Origin: Nitrospinota bacterium
GTDB lineage: Bacteria > UBA8248
NCBI GenBank assembly: GCA_036231405.1
Contig: JAZAHK010000046.1
Coordinates: forward strand, 189,706 to 253,705
Direction of reading: 5' to 3'
Length of the DNA stretch: 64,000 nt
The stretch's first letter is position 1, and each line of letters starts with the position of its first letter. A program made the translations under genes and the position numbers. Shown here piece by piece: positions 61,403-64,000 of this stretch. The notes below the pieces were generated by a model. That model had not been told where the DNA came from, ran no database searches, and worked only from the letters and a program-made list of their open reading frames with translations.

Positions 61403-62194
61403 TTAGATTGGGTTTTCTTTCAGAAAGTCTTCGAGTTCTTTCATCATGATTTCTGTTGCGTCCCAGATTGGAAAATGTCCAGAGTTAGATATAATAGTCC
61501 TACTGCATTTGGGTATTTGTTCTAGATAAATATCGCTAAAATCAAGAGGCCCGTGGTCATTTTCTCCGTAGCAGATCCAAGTAGGAACGGATATTTCTTT
61601 AAGTCGTTCCACTAGATTTGGCATAGTAAATAATGCACTAGCTGACCAAGCATATGTGTCTGGAGTATTTCTCAAGAACTTTTTTTTATATTCCTTTGCA
61701 AGCGACCCTTCAATCATTTGTATAGGAAGAAGTTTGCGGAATTCTTCGTGGTTAAAGACGGCTTCCATTCCTTCTTTTTGAGCAAGTAAGTGAAGAAATT
61801 CGAAATGTTTTTGATAGTCACCGGAAGGTGCTGAAGCGGATGAGGATACTAGCATAAGCCGTTTTAATCGGTCACTATGTTCAATTCCAAATAAAGTTGC
61901 TGTTCGTCCGCCTAAGCTGTGCCCTAAAAGGTCTATCTTTTCAAGATTTAATGCATCAAGAACTCTAAGTAAGTCATCTGAAAAATTTTGTATCGTATAA
62001 GGACCTTTAGGTTTGTCTGATTCACCATGTCCCCTTTTATCTAAAGCAAAAACCTGAAAACGTTTACTAAGGAGTTCAATGATAGGAGTAAAGGAAAATC
62101 CTGAGTTCTGTATCCCATGGGATAGAAAAATTGGAGGTCCTTCCCCTCGTACAAGGTAGTGTAGTGTGAGTCCGTTTACAGTAATGTTTGGCAA
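61403..62194 (-). CDS. Alpha/beta hydrolase (PcaD/enol-lactonase-like)
   Basis: DKRGHGES, GHSLGG nucleophile elbow, GEND and SGHF motifs. Confidence 0.88.
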   Translation of the reverse strand: MPNITVNGLTLHYLVRGEGPPIFLSHGIQNSGFSFTPIIELLSKRFQVFALDKRGHGESDKPKGPYTIQNFSDDLLRVLDALNLEKIDLLGHSLGGRTATLFGIEHSDRLKRLMLVSSSASAPSGDYQKHFEFLHLLAQKEGMEAVFNHEEFRKLLPIQMIEGSLAKEYKKKFLRNTPDTYAWSASALFTMPNLVERLKEISVPTWICYGENDHGPLDFSDIYLEQIPKCSRTIISNSGHFPIWDATEIMMKELEDFLKENPI

Positions 62195-62202
62195 ATTTTT
62201 CC

Positions 62203-63348
62203 TTAAGTTAATTTTTCGAAAACTTCACCTATCATATGCATTCCCTTTTCGATCGTGTCTTCACTAACGGAATAGGTAAGTCGAACATGGTTTTCTCCAG
62301 TTATTCCGAATTCAGTTCCGCTTCGGATTGCTACACCAGCATCCCAGATTTTTTTTCTTAAATCCGTCGCTGGTATAGGCAAGTCATAACGACAGTAGAG
62401 ATAAAAACCTCCTTGTGGTTCTAAGGGTGTCAGCCCAGAAATTTCTTTTGCTAATTCGTGCATTAATTTAGCGCGCTTTTGATACTCTTCTCTCATTTCG
62501 AAAACGCAGTCTTGTGGGCCGCGTAATGCTGCGGCACCGGCTCTTTGCACAAAGGAGCAAATAGGTCCGTTAATCGAACGGTGAACGCCAAAGATTACGC
62601 TATGCATATCCTCTGGAACGACCATATTTCCTAGTCTCCAACCGGTCATAGAGTAAGTTTTAGAGAATGTATCAAGTAGTATTAAGTTATTTTTATGTTC
62701 TGTGAAGGATAATAATGGTATGTGTTCAAAACCAGGTTGCAGGATTTTAGAATAGGCTTCGTCTGAGACAAGAATGATATTTCTTTCTGAACATAAATTC
62801 GCAAGTGATTGAAGTTCTTTCTGAGTGTAAACTAATCCTGTGGGGTTGTTCGGGTTGCAAATTAACATCAACTTAGTTTTATCTGTAACAGCATCACTAA
62901 TAGCTTGTAGGTCTAGATGGTAATCAGAACCGTGAGGAACGTTTACCGGTATTCCTCCTATCTGTTTAGCTACATGGGAATAAAGCGAAAATGTTGGATC
63001 CATTAGGATAACTTCGTCTCCCATACTGAGAAATGCCGTCATGACCGTATAAATTCCAGAACTTCCTCCGTTGGTGGCAATTACTGAATCAGTTGGGTAG
63101 TTCGATTTACATTCTCTTTCAATGTTTTCGCAAACTGCTTGGAGGAATTCTGGATCTCCCTGTCCTGGCGCATAATGAGTAAGGCCGTCCTGAAGTGCCT
63201 TATTTGCAGCATCACAAATGTGTTCTGGTGTCGGAAAGGAAGGAGTCCCAGAGTCGAGTCGGATCATTCCTTTTGGACGTTTAAGAGTCATATGATCTGC
63301 ACGTTCCCCACCCATAGTTTGAAGAACGTTTTTGGAGAATTTTCTCAT
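62203..63348 (-). CDS. Class I/II PLP-dependent aminotransferase
   Basis: NPNNPTG, SDEAY and FSKTYSMTGWRLG motifs. Confidence 0.92.
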   Translation of the reverse strand: MRKFSKNVLQTMGGERADHMTLKRPKGMIRLDSGTPSFPTPEHICDAANKALQDGLTHYAPGQGDPEFLQAVCENIERECKSNYPTDSVIATNGGSSGIYTVMTAFLSMGDEVILMDPTFSLYSHVAKQIGGIPVNVPHGSDYHLDLQAISDAVTDKTKLMLICNPNNPTGLVYTQKELQSLANLCSERNIILVSDEAYSKILQPGFEHIPLLSFTEHKNNLILLDTFSKTYSMTGWRLGNMVVPEDMHSVIFGVHRSINGPICSFVQRAGAAALRGPQDCVFEMREEYQKRAKLMHELAKEISGLTPLEPQGGFYLYCRYDLPIPATDLRKKIWDAGVAIRSGTEFGITGENHVRLTYSVSEDTIEKGMHMIGEVFEKLT

Positions 63349-63434
63349 CTTGTTTCCTAAAAATATTTTGTCGGTCTATCGAGGATCCTATCAGAAATAG
63401 AGAACTTCGAGAACATAAAAGATAACCTGTGAAT

Positions 63435-64000
63435 CTAAGTTTGTGCTGCTACTAGACCCTTTCGTATCTCAGGTAGTGTTTGCGGTATGTTTCTAATTGG
63501 CAAACCGTGAGTGGGTGCAATTGTTTTAATTTTGAACTCTTCTATAACTTCTTCCAATCTGTCAACGTAGATATTCATATCTACATATTTAGTCCAAAAA
63601 AGGGCACGTTCTGCAAATACAGCGGAAACGTCAACCAAATCTAGAGATTCAGCTTCCTCTGCAGTTTTCCCACAATGTCCATCCCAGTGATAATGACTAT
63701 ATGCAAAACCATCTCCTGGGAATAAAACACGCTCTTTCATATCTAAGCCCCATAGGGTTGTTCTCATATCTCGTACAACGGGTTCTACGACCAGAAACTC
63801 TCTATCTCCAAGATCAATAGAATCTCCTATCCCCATATTCTGGAGTTTCTTTAAATGTTCTGGGAATGCTAGATGATAGTCACTGGTATCCCCGTAAATC
63901 GTCTCGATCTCAGGAAATTCTTTTAAAAATCGACCTAATCCTCCAGAATGAGGTGTTTCTTGGTGGGTAATAAAGAGATGTTCGATTTTACTTTTTTTAG
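63435..64000 (-). CDS. MBL-fold (FprA/ODP-like di-metal) protein, 5'-truncated by window edge
   Basis: Frame stays open upstream of the listed ORF to the window end (...IEHLFITHQETPHSGGL...); LFPGDGF and IAPTHG motifs. Confidence 0.75.
   Translation of the reverse strand, partial: KKSKIEHLFITHQETPHSGGLGRFLKEFPEIETIYGDTSDYHLAFPEHLKKLQNMGIGDSIDLGDREFLVVEPVVRDMRTTLWGLDMKERVLFPGDGFAYSHYHWDGHCGKTAEEAESLDLVDVSAVFAERALFWTKYVDMNIYVDRLEEVIEEFKIKTIAPTHGLPIRNIPQTLPEIRKGLVAAQT

Overview
AT-rich bacterial chromosomal window, gene-dense and mostly housekeeping, with no phage, transposase, CRISPR or rRNA signal. It contains the 3' part of the dcw cluster (murG-murC-murB-ftsQ-ftsA-ftsZ, then pgeF-yggS-proC-yggT-mtnA), tRNA-Asp, a convergently split NitT/TauT-type ABC transporter and a periplasmic c-type heme cluster built around a MauG-like di-heme enzyme. 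Further on are E1 alpha/beta, an RND pump, an oxidoreductase run (Zn-ADH, queF, Mo-hydroxylase large subunit, AhpD-like, LLM monooxygenase), class II RNR nrdJ with NrdR and DnaA boxes, lpdA, a FadF-like Fe-S oxidoreductase, dpp-type ABC genes, dacB, recJ, moaDE, a trpFBA-leuCDB-asd-mtnP-hemL-ftsB run and initiator tRNA-Met. The most notable hidden signal is two genes that the ORF track splits at an in-frame TGA: an AhpD/CMD-like protein (CxxU) and a probably exported peroxiredoxin-like protein (UxxC). Each TGA is followed by a similarly placed SECIS-like hairpin, so both are probable selenoproteins. No sel machinery genes are in the window. All family calls come from motif recognition by eye; no database searches were run.
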